The position numbers and the translations under genes are program-made. The notes below the pieces were generated by a model. The model was not told the DNA's origin and made no database searches. It saw nothing but the letters and a program-made list of their open reading frames with translations. This document shows positions 53,011 to 64,000 of a DNA stretch of 64,000 nucleotides, piece after piece. Every line of letters starts with the position of its first letter. The first letter of the stretch is position 1. This stretch comes from Nitrospirota bacterium. GTDB lineage: Bacteria > Nitrospirota > UBA9217. Where the stretch lies: contig CAWFSF010000006.1 in the NCBI GenBank assembly GCA_963818475.1, positions 608,001 to 672,000 on the forward strand. Direction: 5' to 3'.

Positions 53011-54822
53011 ATGATAAGCACGAATATCCGCAATTTCTGCATCATAGCACATATCGACCACGGCAAATCGACCCTTGCCGACCGCATCCTTGAGTTTACC
53101 GGAGCACTTTCAGACAGGGAAATGTCAGCCGCCGGCAGCAACCAGGTGCTCGATGATATGGACCTGGAACGCGAACGGGGCATCACCATCAAGGCCCATG
53201 CGGTGCGCCTTCAATACAAGGCGTCTGACGGGAAGGACTATATCCTGAACCTGATCGACACGCCCGGCCACGTGGATTTTACCTACGAGGTGTCGCGGAG
53301 CATGGCCGCCTGTGAGGGTGCTCTGCTTGTGGTTGACGCTTCGCAGGGTGTGGAGGCCCAGACGCTGGCCAACGCCTATCTTGCCATCGACCATAATCTC
53401 GAGATGATCCCGGTGATCAACAAGATCGATCTGCCGAGCGCGAATGTCGAAGAGGCGAAACACCAGATCGAGGACATCATCGGCCTCGATGCTTCCATGG
53501 CCATCCCGGCGAGCGCCAAGGCGGGGATCGGCATCCATGAGATCCTCGAATCGGTGGTGAAGCATGTTCCTGCGCCTGCAGGGAAGGCTGACGCTCCGCT
53601 CCGTGCGCTCCTGTTCGATTCCTGGTATGACACGTACCAGGGAGTGGTGATCCTCGTTCGGGTGATGGACGGGACCGTGCGGCCAAAACAGAAGATCAAA
53701 CTCTATTCGAACTCCGCCGTATATGAAGTGCAGTCCGTGGGAGTGTACACGCCCAAGATGCAGCCGATCGCTGAACTGTCGCAGGGCGAGGTGGGGTGCA
53801 TCATCGCCGGCATCAAGCGGGTCTCGGATGCCAAGATCGGCGATACGGTCATGGATGCTGACCGGCCGGCCGATGCACCGCTTCCGGGGTATAAAGATGT
53901 GAAGCCCATGGTCTTCTCAGGCATTTATCCGGTGGACAGCGACAGCTACGCAGACCTGCGGGACGCTCTTGAAAAACTCCGGCTGAACGACTCTTCGTTC
54001 ACCTATGAACCGGAAACATCGCTTGCCCTCGGATTCGGTTTCCGGTGCGGTTTCCTGGGCCTGCTGCATATGGACATCATCAGGGAACGGCTTGAACGCG
54101 AGTTCAAGCTCGACCTTATTCCCACGGCGCCGACCGTGGTCTATCGGGTGACGAAGAACGACGGCCAGGTCGTGCTGGTGGATAACCCGGCAAAGTTCCC
54201 GCATGTTCAGGAGATCCAGAAGATCGAAGAGCCGATGATCATAGCCTCGCTGATCACGCCGGAGCAGTATGTGGGGGCGCTCATTGCGCTCTGCCAGGAG
54301 CGGCGGGGTGTCCAGCGGGATATCACCTATATTACCAAGGACCGCGTGCGCATCAGCTACGATCTTCCGCTGAACGAGATCGTGATGGACTTCTATGACC
54401 GGCTCAAATCCCTGACCAAGGGATACGCATCGCTGGATTACGAGCTGTCAGGCTATGTCGAATCCGATCTCGTCAAACTTGATATGCTGATGAACGGCGA
54501 ACCGGTCGATGCCCTGTCGCTCATTACGCACCGCGATAAGGCCGCGGTCCGCGGCAGGCAGCTGGCGGAGAAGCTCAAGGAAGTGATCCCGCGCCAGCTC
54601 TACGAGGTGATCATCCAGGCCACGATCGGGGCGAAGATCATCGCGCGCGAAACGGTCAGAGCGCTCCGCAAGGACGTGACCGCCAAATGCTATGGCGGAG
54701 ACATCACGCGGAAACGCAAGCTGCTCGAGAAACAGAAAGAAGGCAAGAAGCGCATGAAGCAGGTCGGCAGTGTGGAACTTCCTCAGGAAGCGTTCCTTGC
54801 CGTTTTGAAAGTGGGAGAATAA
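53011..54822 (+). CDS. lepA: Elongation factor 4
   Basis: [37 protein letters not shown]. Confidence 0.98.
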   Translation: MISTNIRNFCIIAHIDHGKSTLADRILEFTGALSDREMSAAGSNQVLDDMDLERERGITIKAHAVRLQYKASDGKDYILNLIDTPGHVDFTYEVSRSMAACEGALLVVDASQGVEAQTLANAYLAIDHNLEMIPVINKIDLPSANVEEAKHQIEDIIGLDASMAIPASAKAGIGIHEILESVVKHVPAPAGKADAPLRALLFDSWYDTYQGVVILVRVMDGTVRPKQKIKLYSNSAVYEVQSVGVYTPKMQPIAELSQGEVGCIIAGIKRVSDAKIGDTVMDADRPADAPLPGYKDVKPMVFSGIYPVDSDSYADLRDALEKLRLNDSSFTYEPETSLALGFGFRCGFLGLLHMDIIRERLEREFKLDLIPTAPTVVYRVTKNDGQVVLVDNPAKFPHVQEIQKIEEPMIIASLITPEQYVGALIALCQERRGVQRDITYITKDRVRISYDLPLNEIVMDFYDRLKSLTKGYASLDYELSGYVESDLVKLDMLMNGEPVDALSLITHRDKAAVRGRQLAEKLKEVIPRQLYEVIIQATIGAKIIARETVRALRKDVTAKCYGGDITRKRKLLEKQKEGKKRMKQVGSVELPQEAFLAVLKVGE

Positions 54823-54895
54823 CGCACCGATCGAGCCCGGCTTGGACGTGAATCCGGTATGGTGATATCACCTTACGCTACTTTTTGGAGGCTGC

Positions 54896-55606
54896 ATGGC
54901 AGAGGCACAGCAGGACAAGATCAAGAACAAGTCATTTTATAAAGAGTGGATCGAACCGTTCCTTATTGCTGCAATCGTTGCCCTGTTCATCAGGCAGTTT
55001 GCAGTCGAAGCCTTTAAGATACCGTCGGGGTCCATGATCCCGACGCTTACGATCGGCGACCACCTGCTGGTGAACAAGTTCGTGTACGGCCCCCGTATCC
55101 CGTTCACGGACATCAGGATCTTTACCGGGAAAGAGCCGAAACGAGGAGAGATCATTGTTTTTAAATTCCCGAAAGACGAAGGCAAAAACTTCATCAAACG
55201 GGTCGTTGGCCTGCCGGGCGACAAGATCGAGATCAGGAAGGGAAAACTGTTCATCAATGATGAACCGGTAGCGGTTGCGGCGAATGGTGCCTACGATGGA
55301 GATGATCAGCGATCGGGGCCTCCCTATTACGACAAACCCATGCTGTTCGATGAGCAACTGGGTTCCGTCAACCACGCTATCCTGTATCTGCATGACCAGA
55401 CAGAGACAAATTACGGGCCAGCCCTGGTGCCGAAAGATTCGGTGTTCGTCATGGGTGACAACCGCGATAACAGTCAGGACAGCCGGGTATGGGGCTTTGT
55501 AAAACAGAACAAGATCCTCGGCAGGGCGCTCATCATCTACTGGTCATGGGATGGAGAAAATGGCCGCTGGGTGCGCTGGGAGCGGCTCGGGAATCTGATC
55601 CGATAA
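54896..55606 (+). CDS. lepB: Signal peptidase I
   Basis: IPSGSMIPTL, IKRVVG, GDNRDNSQDSR. Confidence 0.96.
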   Translation: MAEAQQDKIKNKSFYKEWIEPFLIAAIVALFIRQFAVEAFKIPSGSMIPTLTIGDHLLVNKFVYGPRIPFTDIRIFTGKEPKRGEIIVFKFPKDEGKNFIKRVVGLPGDKIEIRKGKLFINDEPVAVAANGAYDGDDQRSGPPYYDKPMLFDEQLGSVNHAILYLHDQTETNYGPALVPKDSVFVMGDNRDNSQDSRVWGFVKQNKILGRALIIYWSWDGENGRWVRWERLGNLIR

Positions 55607-55624
55607 AGAAAGAGGGGAGTGCAT

Positions 55625-55999
55625 ATGTCTATGCTTGCTAAGGAAGATGGCATGATCAGTTTTAAGGCGATGTTCTGGCTGACGCTCTTGTTCGTTGTTG
55701 TTCACGTTCTTATCAAGGTCGTGCCTATGTGGATGGATTATACCCAGATGAAAGACGCCATGCAGGGCAAGGCGAATTTTGCACAGATAGTGGGCAGTGA
55801 CCGGGAAATAAAAACGTCGCTCGAAAAAACGGCAAAAGAACTGGCTCTTCCGCTGACGCAGGATAGCTTTATCCTCGAACGGGATCCGAACTCGAACAAA
55901 ATAACAGGGATCAGTACCAATGACGGCTGGGATGTCGAGGTGCACTTCTTATGGGGCGCCTATGTCAGGACGTTCCATTTTGAACCGGTAACGGAATAA
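55625..55999 (+). CDS. DUF4845-like pilin-type membrane protein
   Basis: G-M-I-S-F prepilin-like N-terminus plus TM helix; position after lepB. Confidence 0.55.
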   Translation: MSMLAKEDGMISFKAMFWLTLLFVVVHVLIKVVPMWMDYTQMKDAMQGKANFAQIVGSDREIKTSLEKTAKELALPLTQDSFILERDPNSNKITGISTNDGWDVEVHFLWGAYVRTFHFEPVTE

Positions 56000-56075
56000 G
56001 AGCGGCCACCCGCCCGGTTGTTTGACAACGGGAGCGCTCTCGCGTACTATAACGAACTGAACGGGGTGAACTGCA

Positions 56076-56957
56076 GTGATTCGCAGCATGACAGGATATG
56101 GGCGGAAGGAAGCAAGTGGAGAAGCCGGCCATTTCTCCGTAGAAATCCGCTCGGTAAATAACCGCTATATCGACGTGCAGGTAAAAATGCCGCGCGGGCT
56201 TTCCCTGCTGGAGTTGCGCGTTAAAAAAACCGTTCAGGAACGGTGTTCTCGCGGCCGCTTCGATGTTCTGATAACCCGTAACGGCGACCGCGAAAAGGCC
56301 ACGCGACTGATTGTCGACGACGTCCTGGCCGACCAGTATGTGGGGCTCCTCAGGGACCTGAAAATGCGGTACGGACTGGCCGGAGAGGTTGATCTGTCGC
56401 TCGTGGCGGGCATGCAGAACATCATCACCATGACCGAGGTCAGTGAGGACATGGAGGCCATATGGGTTTTGCTGGCCACGGGGCTTGATGCAGCACTGGA
56501 TGAGCTTGACCGTATGCGGCTTGACGAAGGTGCGGCGCTGGTGCGCGATATCAGCGGACGGATCGACGCAATCGAAGGAATGGTACGTTCGATCGGTGCC
56601 CAGTCGCCGCTTACCGTGGAGAAAGCGCGGAAGCGGATGGCCGACACGCTGGCAAAGCTGCTGCAGGAGCAGCCTGATCCGGGCAGGCTGGCCCAGGAGA
56701 TAGCCATTCTTGCCGAGCGGACCGATGTCACCGAAGAGCTCACGCGTCTCGACAGCCATCTGGCCCAGTTCAGGGCAATGCTGACCGAAACGCCGGAAGA
56801 GGCGGTGGGGAGGAAACTCGATTTTCTGCTCCAGGAAATGGGCAGGGAAGTGAACACCATCGCCTCAAAATGCCAGGATGCCGCCATCTCGCTGGACGTG
56901 GTGCAGAGCAAGGCGGAACTGGAAAAGATACGGGAGCAGGTCCAAAATATCGAATAG
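56076..56957 (+). CDS. yicC: YicC/YloC family endoribonuclease
   Basis: SMTGYG, RSVNNR, GRKLDFLLQE, REQVQNIE. Confidence 0.95.
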   Translation: MIRSMTGYGRKEASGEAGHFSVEIRSVNNRYIDVQVKMPRGLSLLELRVKKTVQERCSRGRFDVLITRNGDREKATRLIVDDVLADQYVGLLRDLKMRYGLAGEVDLSLVAGMQNIITMTEVSEDMEAIWVLLATGLDAALDELDRMRLDEGAALVRDISGRIDAIEGMVRSIGAQSPLTVEKARKRMADTLAKLLQEQPDPGRLAQEIAILAERTDVTEELTRLDSHLAQFRAMLTETPEEAVGRKLDFLLQEMGREVNTIASKCQDAAISLDVVQSKAELEKIREQVQNIE

Positions 56958-57011
56958 GACGTCTGCGGCCGGAGCGGGCAGTGTCGGGCAGGATAGGTTG
57001 GGAGCGCGGTC

Positions 57012-57263
57012 GTGCTGAACAATATCGTAAATATCGGCTACGGCAACATGGTAATGGCAGCGAAGGTCGTGGCCGTGCTGTCGCCGGACTCCGCTCCCAT
57101 GCGCAGGCTCAAGGACGAGGCCAAGGAGCGGAAGATGCTGATCGATGCCACCCAGGGAAGAAAAACACGGGCCATTATCATCACCGACAGCGATCATATC
57201 ATCCTGTCCGCGGTGCAGGTAGAGACGCTTATGCTGAGGTTTTCCAGCCGGGAGAACGAATGA
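57012..57263 (+). CDS. remA: RemA/DUF370 family regulator
   Basis: [31 protein letters not shown]; yicC-remA-gmk-rpoZ order. Confidence 0.9.
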   Translation: MLNNIVNIGYGNMVMAAKVVAVLSPDSAPMRRLKDEAKERKMLIDATQGRKTRAIIITDSDHIILSAVQVETLMLRFSSRENE

Positions 57264-57882
57264 AGAGAACCGAGGGATTGGTCTTTGTGGTCTCCGCGCC
57301 GTCAGGGGCCGGAAAAACGACCCTGTGCCGCGCCATCACGGACTCTCTGGAGAACCTGACCCATTCGATCTCCTACACCACGAGGAAACCGCGGCCGGGA
57401 GAGATCGACGGGCGGGACTATTATTTCGTGACCGAAGAGCGGTTCCGCAGCATGATCGATGCCGGAGATTTTGCCGAATGGGCGCAGGTGCACGCAAACC
57501 TCTACGGCACGTCCCGGCGCGTGCTCGACGATATGGTGAACCGGGGGATCGATGTGATCCTCGACATCGACACCCAGGGGGCCAAACAGATAAAAACACG
57601 GGTCGAGAAAGCGGTGTTCCTCTTCATCATGCCGCCTTCCCTCGAGATCCTTGAAGAGCGTCTGCGGAACCGCAAGTCCGACGACGATGCGGAGATCAGG
57701 AAGCGGATGCAGCGGGCGCTCGATGAGATTCGCGACTATGCGATGTACGATTATATCATTGAGAACCGCGATTTCGACCGGGCGCTGTCCGAACTCCGAT
57801 CGGTCATAGTTGCCGAACGCTGCCGGACGCACCTGATCGATCAATCGTGGATAGAGGGAATGCTGAAAACGTCGATAGATAA
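57260..57882 (+). CDS. gmk: Guanylate kinase (stop codon out of frame, probably an indel; end approximate)
   Basis: [33 protein letters not shown]. Confidence 0.93.
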
Positions 57883-57901
57883 CACACCAGGAGGTGCAGA
57901 G

Positions 57902-58333
57902 ATGCAACAGATCGCACAAGATATTATTTCAATGCCGATAGAATTGACCGACAAGATTTCGGACACCAAGTTCCGCCTTGTCCATATCGCGGCGCAACGG
58001 GTTCGCCAGTTGTCTGCCGGGGCGCCGATGTATGTTTCAACCAGGTCCATCAAGGACACCACGGTCTCCCTGGAAGAGGCCCTGGCAGGAAAGTTCAAGG
58101 TGATCGTCGGCGAGGATGCCAAGAAGGCAAAGGAAGAATACCGGAAACGCGAAGAACGCGCGCGGATGGAAGAGCAGCTGTCTGCCAAGGAAGAAGAGAT
58201 CCGCAAGGAACTTTCCGCCTATCTGTCGGAAACCCAGAGCGAAGAGGTTGCCGAGGAAGATGCCGTGGTCGCCGATATGGGCGATGATGTGGCGGAAGAA
58301 GACGCCGGAGATGCTGAAGAATCTGAAGCGTAG
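57902..58333 (+). CDS. rpoZ: RNA polymerase omega subunit with a long charged/acidic tail
   Basis: KFRLVHIAAQRVRQL...VSLEE; own AGGAGG RBS; between gmk and coaBC. Confidence 0.85.
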   Translation: MQQIAQDIISMPIELTDKISDTKFRLVHIAAQRVRQLSAGAPMYVSTRSIKDTTVSLEEALAGKFKVIVGEDAKKAKEEYRKREERARMEEQLSAKEEEIRKELSAYLSETQSEEVAEEDAVVADMGDDVAEEDAGDAEESEA

Positions 58334-58355
58334 CGCCGCGGGGAGACAACGCGAG

Positions 58356-59564
58356 ATGATGTCCGGTAAGCGGATACTGCTCGGGGTGACCGGCAGTATC
58401 GCAGCCTATAAGGCCGTCGAGGTCCTGCGGAAGCTGCAAGAGCAGGGAGCAGAGGTGCGTGTCGTCATGACGCGCAATGCTTGCCGCTTTGTCTCAAAGC
58501 TGACCTTTGAGGCCCTCAGCGGATTCCCGGTGCTGACCGATGAATATGATCCTCATGAGCGCGGGCCCATCGGGCATATCGACGTGACCAGCGGCCTCGA
58601 CCTTGCGCTTATTGCTCCGGCGACAGCGAATATCATCGGCAAGATCGCCGCGGGAATAGCAGACGACGCCCTGACATCGGCTCTCATGGCAATAGACTGC
58701 CCGCTCATGATCGCACCGGCGATGAACGACCGCATGTATCAGAATCCCGTGCTCCGGAAGAACATGGCATCGCTTCGCGATCTTGGCGTACGGTTCATCG
58801 ATCCGGAGGTCGGCAAGCTTGCCTGCGGCACCACAGGACAGGGGCGTCTTGCAGAGACGGGCAGGATCGTCGATGCGGTCTCCGCTTCTTTCTTACCCCG
58901 TGATTTCGCAGGCGTGACCGTTCTCGTAACAGCAGGACCGACACGGGAACCGATCGATGCCGTGAGGTTCATCAGTAATCCGTCAACCGGGAAAATGGGA
59001 TATGCCCTGGCCCGCGTTGCCCGCGACCGGGGAGCGAAGGTGATCCTTATTTCCGGCCCGGTTGCGCTGACGCCGCCGGGAGGTATCACCTTTATTCCTG
59101 TCATCACTGCGGCTGACCTGCACCGGGCGGTCATGGAGCAGATTGGCGAGGCACAGGTTGTGGTCATGGCAGCTGCAGTCTCCGATTTCAGACCCGTTGC
59201 CGTTTCGGACCGCAAGATCAAAAAGGATACAGCACCTGACACGCTCGTGCTCGAGCGCACGGCGGACATCCTGCAGCAGCTGGGTGACATGCAGAGGAAA
59301 TGCCTGCTTGTCGGTTTTGCCGCGGAAACAGACAATGTTCTCGATAACGCATCGAGAAAGCTGCGTGCAAAGAATCTTGATATGGTCGTGGTCAATGACC
59401 TTTTGACCGCCGGCGCGGGATTCGGTTCAGATACGAATGTCGTGACGATCATTGATCGTACCGGCATGACAACGCACCTTCCCTTGATGGACAAAGCTGA
59501 GGTGGCAGACCGCGTGCTGGACAAAGTCTTGGAACTTAAAGTAAAATCAGGGAATTTGCCTTGA
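58356..59564 (+). CDS. coaBC: Phosphopantothenoylcysteine decarboxylase/ligase
   Basis: GVTGSIAAYK, PATAN, PAMN, TAGPTREPIDAVRFISNPSTGKMG, GFAAET. Confidence 0.96.
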   Translation: MMSGKRILLGVTGSIAAYKAVEVLRKLQEQGAEVRVVMTRNACRFVSKLTFEALSGFPVLTDEYDPHERGPIGHIDVTSGLDLALIAPATANIIGKIAAGIADDALTSALMAIDCPLMIAPAMNDRMYQNPVLRKNMASLRDLGVRFIDPEVGKLACGTTGQGRLAETGRIVDAVSASFLPRDFAGVTVLVTAGPTREPIDAVRFISNPSTGKMGYALARVARDRGAKVILISGPVALTPPGGITFIPVITAADLHRAVMEQIGEAQVVVMAAAVSDFRPVAVSDRKIKKDTAPDTLVLERTADILQQLGDMQRKCLLVGFAAETDNVLDNASRKLRAKNLDMVVVNDLLTAGAGFGSDTNVVTIIDRTGMTTHLPLMDKAEVADRVLDKVLELKVKSGNLP

Positions 59565-59625
59565 CTTATAACCCTCGTATTTGGTACACTTTCGTCTATC
59601 AGTTTGATATGAAAAGATAATTCCT

Positions 59626-61369
59626 ATGGAAAAGGGATCCTCTGAAATAGCGAAGTTGACGGAGCGAATCTCGAAAGACCCCAAATCAAAGCTCTTCGTG
59701 CCGCTTGCCGAAGAGTATAAGAAGGCCGGGGATATCGAGATGGCAATAGCTGTGCTTACGGAGGGGCTCAAGAACAATCCCGGTTATGTGACTGCGAAGT
59801 CCTTTCTCGGAAGGCTTTTGCTGGAACAAGGGCAATCTGTCAGAGGCGCAGAAGGAGTTCGAGGAAGTAATAAAGGCGATCCCGGACAACGTGCTGGCCC
59901 AGCGTAAATTGGGCAATATTCACGTATTGCAGGGCAGGGCACAGGAGGCGCTGCTTTTCTTCAAGGCAGTGCTCGCGGTAAATCCCAAGGACCCCGAGCT
60001 CACGGCGCTGGTCGCAGATATTGAGGCCGGCCGTGATGTCCGGGAAAAGATCGCCGGTCAGAAACATCAGCCCGCAGCCGGTCGCGTGGCGCCGGTAGTA
60101 CCGACGCCGGCACAACCGCTTCGAGCCGCACCGCGCCCGCCGGTCAAGCTGTCAGCAGCTCCTGTTGTCCCACCACGGCCGCATACGGCCCCTGTCAGCA
60201 TTCCGCCATCTGTTGATTCCGAAGAGCCGGAAGAAGTGCTTGTTTTTGAATCGCTGGATGAAGCTGCTCCTGCCGGGGCGTTGCGGCCGCCGCAAGCAAC
60301 GCAGGATATGTTTGCTGACCTTGCCTCTGAAACGGATAGTGAAGAAGCGGCGCGAATGGATGACGGCTTAGGCTTAGCGGACGGCGAAGGCAGCCGCCCG
60401 GTTGATGCCGGGCTTACGGCAAAGCCGCAGCCGGTTTCCAGCAGTGACGCGGGCACGATGTCCGCGTTTGATCATCCCACAGCGGTCACGGAGCATGAAT
60501 TTGGTTCCATGGATGCAGGCCTGTCTGACACTAGTTTCTTTGACAGTGTGCCAGTGCAGACCGAGCCTCAAAAAACGGCTGATGCATTGGGTTTCGACCA
60601 TGAGCCTGCGCGCGAGGTCCCCGTTGGAGAGCTGAAGGAAACCGTATCTGCCGATGACATGTTATCGGAGGCGCTGTTCTTTGATGTGGAGCCGGTTGAA
60701 ACCGAAGCAGAACCAGAAGTCTCGAAAGACCTGGAAGCCGGCCAGGAACCGACGTCGGCCATGCTGGATGTCAGCACTCCCGGTCCCGTCGTTGGAGCTG
60801 ATGTCGAGGCAGCTCCTTTTGGTGGGATGCTTCCTGAGGCGGACGATTTCACAACGGATACACTGGCAGAACTCTACATCGCGCAAGGTTTTTACGAAAA
60901 GGCTGTTGAGATCTACGAGCGGATGCTTGCGGACAGGCCGAACAGCAGACTGCTGAAGGACAAACTGGCCAATGTGCGTGCCATGGGCAGCGCTTCCTTC
61001 GCTGACGAGGAGCAGGGAACGCCGGTATTGTTTGAAGAGCCGGAGGCTCCGCCCGCACCGTCGCCGCAACCAGAGTTCGCCGATGGGCCAGGGCAATGGA
61101 AAGCTCCCGGTGTGGAGGTGGAGGCGAAGGAATATATTCCACCGACATCGGATGATTTCGAGTCTACGGCATTTGATTCCGGTTTTGCGCCGGTAGAATA
61201 TGTGCTGCCCGAGGCGCCGGGGACCGAGCCGCCGCCCTCTGTCGGGCAGGAGTTGCCGGTCCAGGATGAAAAACCACTGTCAGCTTCTCCGAAAACAGCC
61301 CCTTCGGGAAAAGAGCGGGCGATCGTTAAGCTCGATGACTGGCTAAAGAACATCATGAAGGAGAAATAA
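59626..61369 (+). CDS. TPR protein with a long acidic/Pro-rich linker (frameshift near 59840)
   Basis: N-terminal TPRs, internal TDTLAELYIAQGFYEKA repeat, C-terminal helix KLDDWLKNI. Confidence 0.7.
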
Positions 61370-61726
61370 ATGTCCTTTGGCGAGATCTTAAAGAACGTGG
61401 TGGACGGCACCGAGGGGGCACTGGGCGCACTGGTCGTCGGGCTTGACGGCATCCCGGTGGACGAGTATTCCGTAGGCAGCGAACTGGATATCCAGTCCAT
61501 GACCGTGGAATATTCCTCGCTCATCAAGGAGATCGAAAAAGGTTCGCAGACCGTACAGCTGGGATCGACGAAAGAAGTCACGGTCATGGCGGAAAAGGCG
61601 ATGGTCATGCTGCGGCGGCTCAACGAAGAGTATTTTATCGTGCTGATCATCAAGCCCGAAGGCAACTTCGGCAAGGGACGGTTCCTGCTGCGGATGTCCG
61701 TGCCGAAGCTGCTGAAAGAATTCTGA
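61370..61726 (+). CDS. Roadblock/LC7 domain protein (MglB/MglC-like)
   Basis: GALVVGLDGIPV...GNFGKGRFLLR. Confidence 0.8.
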   Translation: MSFGEILKNVVDGTEGALGALVVGLDGIPVDEYSVGSELDIQSMTVEYSSLIKEIEKGSQTVQLGSTKEVTVMAEKAMVMLRRLNEEYFIVLIIKPEGNFGKGRFLLRMSVPKLLKEF

Positions 61727-61770
61727 CAAACCGTAAGGGAACACCGCAGCCGTCTCTTCCGGTGATGCTC

Positions 61771-61798
61771 AAACTGCCTCAGGCAGTTTTATTTTTTT
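61771..61798 (+). terminator. Rho-independent terminator
   Basis: AAACTGCC-TCA-GGCAGTTT stem followed by a T-rich run. Confidence 0.6.
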
Positions 61799-61811
61799 AT
61801 ATGGGGGAAAC

Positions 61812-62246
61812 ATGAAGATTCTGGTGATCCATGGACCGAACCTGAACCTTCTGGGAAAACGCGAGCCGCAGATCTACGGCGCTGAAACGCTCGACGACAT
61901 CAACCGCCGCCTAACAGCGCTTGCTCTCGAACTCGGCGTGGAGGTTTCGTTTTTCCAATCGAACCACGAAGGTGAACTGGTGCAAAAGATCCAGGATGCC
62001 ATGGGAGCATATCAGGCGATTGTGATCAATCCCGGCGCTTATACGCACACGAGCGTCGCGCTGCGTGACGCCATTTCGTCGACCGGCATCCCAACGATCG
62101 AGACCCATATCTCAAACATCTATAAGCGCGAAGAATTCAGGCACCATTCATACATCTCGGGCGTGGCAGTCGGACAGATCGCCGGTTTCGGACCGGACAG
62201 CTACCTTCTTGCGCTCAGGGCAGCCGCGGGCCTCGTCAAAAAATGA
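61812..62246 (+). CDS. aroQ: Type II 3-dehydroquinate dehydratase
   Basis: [36 protein letters not shown]. Confidence 0.96.
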   Translation: MKILVIHGPNLNLLGKREPQIYGAETLDDINRRLTALALELGVEVSFFQSNHEGELVQKIQDAMGAYQAIVINPGAYTHTSVALRDAISSTGIPTIETHISNIYKREEFRHHSYISGVAVGQIAGFGPDSYLLALRAAAGLVKK

Positions 62247-63342
62247 CCACGAAACGCCCCGAACTGAAACGGATCGCCGGGTTGAAGCGGCTCATGGCGG
62301 GAGCAGGCATTGATGCGCTGCTGATCACGAAACGAGAGAACGTCCGCTATCTCACGGGCTTCACGGGTTCGGCGGGATCGGTGCTGGTCGCATCGGGCAA
62401 ACCTTGCCTCATTACGGATTTCAGGTATGCGATCCAGGCGCGCAAGAGAGGCCGCAGGGGTCTCCGTCCTGATCCAGAAGAAGGACCATCTCTGCCGCAT
62501 TGCGTGAGGCAGCCGAACACGCGAAAGTGGACACCCTCTGGTTCGATGAGACGTCATTCACGATCGAGAGCCTGAGTAAACTGCGGAAACAGGGGTTGAC
62601 AGCTCAAAGGGCACCGGGACCTTGTCGGAGAACTTCGGCAGCAGAAAGACGCCCGTCGAACTTGCCTCCATCCGGAAGGCTATCCGCCGGGCGGAAGAAT
62701 CGTTCCGGGAATTGAAGAAGTTATATTCGGCCGGGGGTCCGCGAAAGCGCACTGGCGCTCATGCTTGAATTTCTGATGCGGGAAAAAGGTGCGCGCAAGG
62801 CCGCCTTTGACACGCATCGTGGCATCGGGCAGGAACGGGGCCATGCCGCATGCTTCGGCGTCACGACCGGCGGATCAAACAGGGTGATCTCGTGACGTTC
62901 GATTTCGGCGCCGAAGCGGACGGATATTTTTCCGATATCACCCGGACAGTTTGCGTCGGCCGGCCTTCCGCCCGTCAGCGCGAGATCCATGGCGCTGGTC
63001 CTGCAGGCGCAGGCAGGCGGCCATCGCAGCCGTCCGCCCCGGGGTCGCGTGCACGATCGTGGATGGGGCGGCGCGAGACCTGATCGGGGAGGCCGGTCAT
63101 GCAAAGCAGTTCGGCCATGGTACCGGCCATGGCATCGGCCTCATGGTGCATGAAGGGCCGTCGATCTCGCCGCTGTCCCGAGGACCGGGTGCAGCCCCGG
63201 ATGGTGTTCACGGTCGAACCGGGCATCTATATCCCGGGATGGGGCGGTGTCAGGATCGAGGACATGGTGCTGCGTGACCGAGACCGGCGCAAAAGTGCTG
63301 ACCACGCTGCCGCGAGGGCTGGAAGGCCCCGGAAAGCTGTAG
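62243..63342 (+). CDS. Xaa-Pro aminopeptidase (M24), many frameshifts
   Basis: [47 protein letters not shown] across several frames; aroQ-peptidase-efp order. Confidence 0.85.
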
Positions 63343-63403
63343 CATTCGTACATAAATCAAAAAAATAATACGGCAGTCAATGACGAAAGGGAGGGTGTAA
63401 GAA

Positions 63404-63970
63404 GTGCCGGTATCTACAACAGAGTTCAGGAACGGATTGAAAATAGAGATCGATGGCGAGCCCTATGTGATCGTGGAGTTTCAGCATGTGAAGCCCGGCA
63501 AGGGCGGGGCATTCGTAAGGACCAAGTTCAAGAGCCTCAAATCGGGGAACGTGACCGATAAAACATTCAGGGCGGGCGAAAAAGTCGATGTTCCCAACCT
63601 TGAGGAAAAGACCATGCAGTATCTGTATGCCGCAGACAAGGACCGCGTCTTCATGGACACCAGCACCTATGAGCAGGTATCCATGAACGAGAAGCAGCTC
63701 GGCGACAGCATCAATTATCTCAAGGAAAATATGGAGATCAAGGTCCTCTATCACAAGGGACAGCCCATCAACATCGATGTGCCCATGTTCGTGGAGCTCG
63801 CGATCGCCAAGACCGATCCGGGCGTGCGCGGTGACACCGCATCAGGCGGTTCCAAGCCGGCGACCCTGGAGAGCGGTGCCGTGATCAAGGTGCCGTTCTA
63901 CCTGAACGAAGGCGATGTGGTCAAGGTCGACACGCGAACGGGCACCTTCATCGAGCGCGTCAAGAAGTGA
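63404..63970 (+). CDS. efp: Elongation factor P
   Basis: HVKPGKGGAFVR, PGVRGDTA, KVDTR. Confidence 0.97.
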   Translation: MPVSTTEFRNGLKIEIDGEPYVIVEFQHVKPGKGGAFVRTKFKSLKSGNVTDKTFRAGEKVDVPNLEEKTMQYLYAADKDRVFMDTSTYEQVSMNEKQLGDSINYLKENMEIKVLYHKGQPINIDVPMFVELAIAKTDPGVRGDTASGGSKPATLESGAVIKVPFYLNEGDVVKVDTRTGTFIERVKK

Positions 63971-64000
63971 TCTCCGCCGCCAATCATTCGCAACCAGGAA

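Noticed and set aside
56870-58333. Apparent Gmk-RpoZ fusion (487-aa ORF)
   Set aside because: rpoZ has its own AGGAGG RBS, and out-of-frame TAG/TAA sit where gmk should end; best explained by an indel.

Overview
Bacterial chromosomal segment, mostly GC-rich. Gene content and order suggest an anaerobic Nitrospirota/Desulfobacterota-type organism (inference only). From left to right: (1) a cobamide uptake/salvage region (ThiC/BzaF-like 3' end, two BtuF, BtuCD, a Dph6-like ATP pyrophosphatase, cobalamin riboswitch-btuB-tonB, cobQ, cobD); (2) metK plus an SAH riboswitch-ahcY unit; (3) a group 1 membrane-bound [NiFe]-hydrogenase operon with unusual Fe-S ligands, plus hyp genes including an in-frame HypC-HypA fusion; (4) an accessory island (~28.5-37 kb) with brnTA ending in an attC-like site, orphan antitoxins, an IS1202-type element with a 16-bp target duplication, and AT-rich genes for two PD-(D/E)XK-type proteins and an OGG-like HhH glycosylase (candidate defence locus); (5) a minus-strand signalling cluster (receiver, TPR-like protein, methyltransferase, two histidine kinases, one with a CxxCH haem motif, and a sigma-54 activator); (6) housekeeping genes (tldD, mog, lepA-lepB, yicC-remA-gmk-rpoZ-coaBC, aroQ, Xaa-Pro peptidase, efp). 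Short 7/8/9-mer tandem-repeat elements and REP-like hairpins are scattered throughout, and several sit in-frame inside conserved enzymes. More than 15 single-base frameshifts in conserved genes point to long-read indel errors, so fusions and pseudogenes need read-level confirmation. All calls come from motif recognition by eye; no searches were run.
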